Shown here in pieces: positions 63,995-64,000 of a DNA stretch of 64,000 nt. Position 1 is the first letter of the stretch. Each line of letters begins with the position of its first letter. The position numbers were made by a program, and so were the translations under genes. The notes beneath the pieces are model-generated. The model was not told where the DNA came from. It saw only the letters and a list, made by a program, of their open reading frames with translations, and searched no databases. This DNA comes from an uncultured archaeon (GTDB lineage Archaea > Thermoproteota > EX4484-205 > JAAOZP01): positions 90,675 to 154,674 of the forward strand of contig CALIBN010000002.1 in the NCBI GenBank assembly GCA_938045545.1, in the 5' to 3' direction.

Positions 63995-64000
63995 CCGTAT

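Noticed and set aside
1-64000. Search for CRISPR arrays, rRNA, tRNA, transposases and integrases
   Set aside because: No regularly spaced direct repeats were seen, nor any rRNA-like or cloverleaf-capable segments, DDE/serine/tyrosine recombinase motifs. Visual scanning cannot exclude small or degenerate elements.

Overview
Gene-dense archaeal chromosome segment of roughly 50% GC. It holds about 70 protein genes, many with overlapping stop/start codons. Archaeal origin is supported by a group II chaperonin (thermosome), Alba, RNA polymerase subunit K/Rpo6, ribosomal protein S25e, CDC48/VCP, an ATP-dependent DNA ligase, two-subunit archaeal-type PheRS, and A/T-rich TATA boxes 25-50 nt upstream of starts. 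By eye I found no rRNA, tRNA, CRISPR array, transposase or integrase.

Most of the window is housekeeping:
- Membrane and transport: H+-pyrophosphatase and a DtxR-regulated metal ABC uptake operon.
- DNA metabolism: DNA ligase and a TatD / RNase-H-fold nuclease / Lhr helicase / metallophosphoesterase cluster.
- tRNA and translation: PheRS, Sua5, and a ThiS-like diglycine protein with a TtuA-type tRNA thiolase.
- Other metabolism: adenine deaminase and dUTPase.
- 2-oxoacid chain elongation: two HMGL-type synthases (one with a C-terminal RAM-like domain), aconitase-type large and small subunits, and a beta-decarboxylating dehydrogenase.

The one clearly accessory stretch is an AT-rich ~3.4-kb island (58164-61552) between the small isomerase subunit gene and the convergent dehydrogenase gene. 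It carries:
- a HepT(DUF86)/MNT pair broken by four frame changes;
- an orphan DUF3368 PIN-like gene;
- a frameshifted membrane-anchored coiled-coil gene;
- an intact UPF0175/DUF3368 pair.

That last pair is flanked by a 51-nt direct repeat (49/51 identical) that duplicates the 3' end of the dehydrogenase gene, which looks like an att site.

Other items worth a second look:
- a GNAT gene whose two reading frames meet at a canonical -1 slippery heptamer, G_GGA_AAA;
- an 852-aa glycoprotein-like surface protein with four tandem ~100-aa repeats;
- a coupled M48 and C39-like protease pair;
- a possible relic of a tandem synthase paralog.

All family calls are motif recognition by eye, with no database search. 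I cannot claim a validated novel system.
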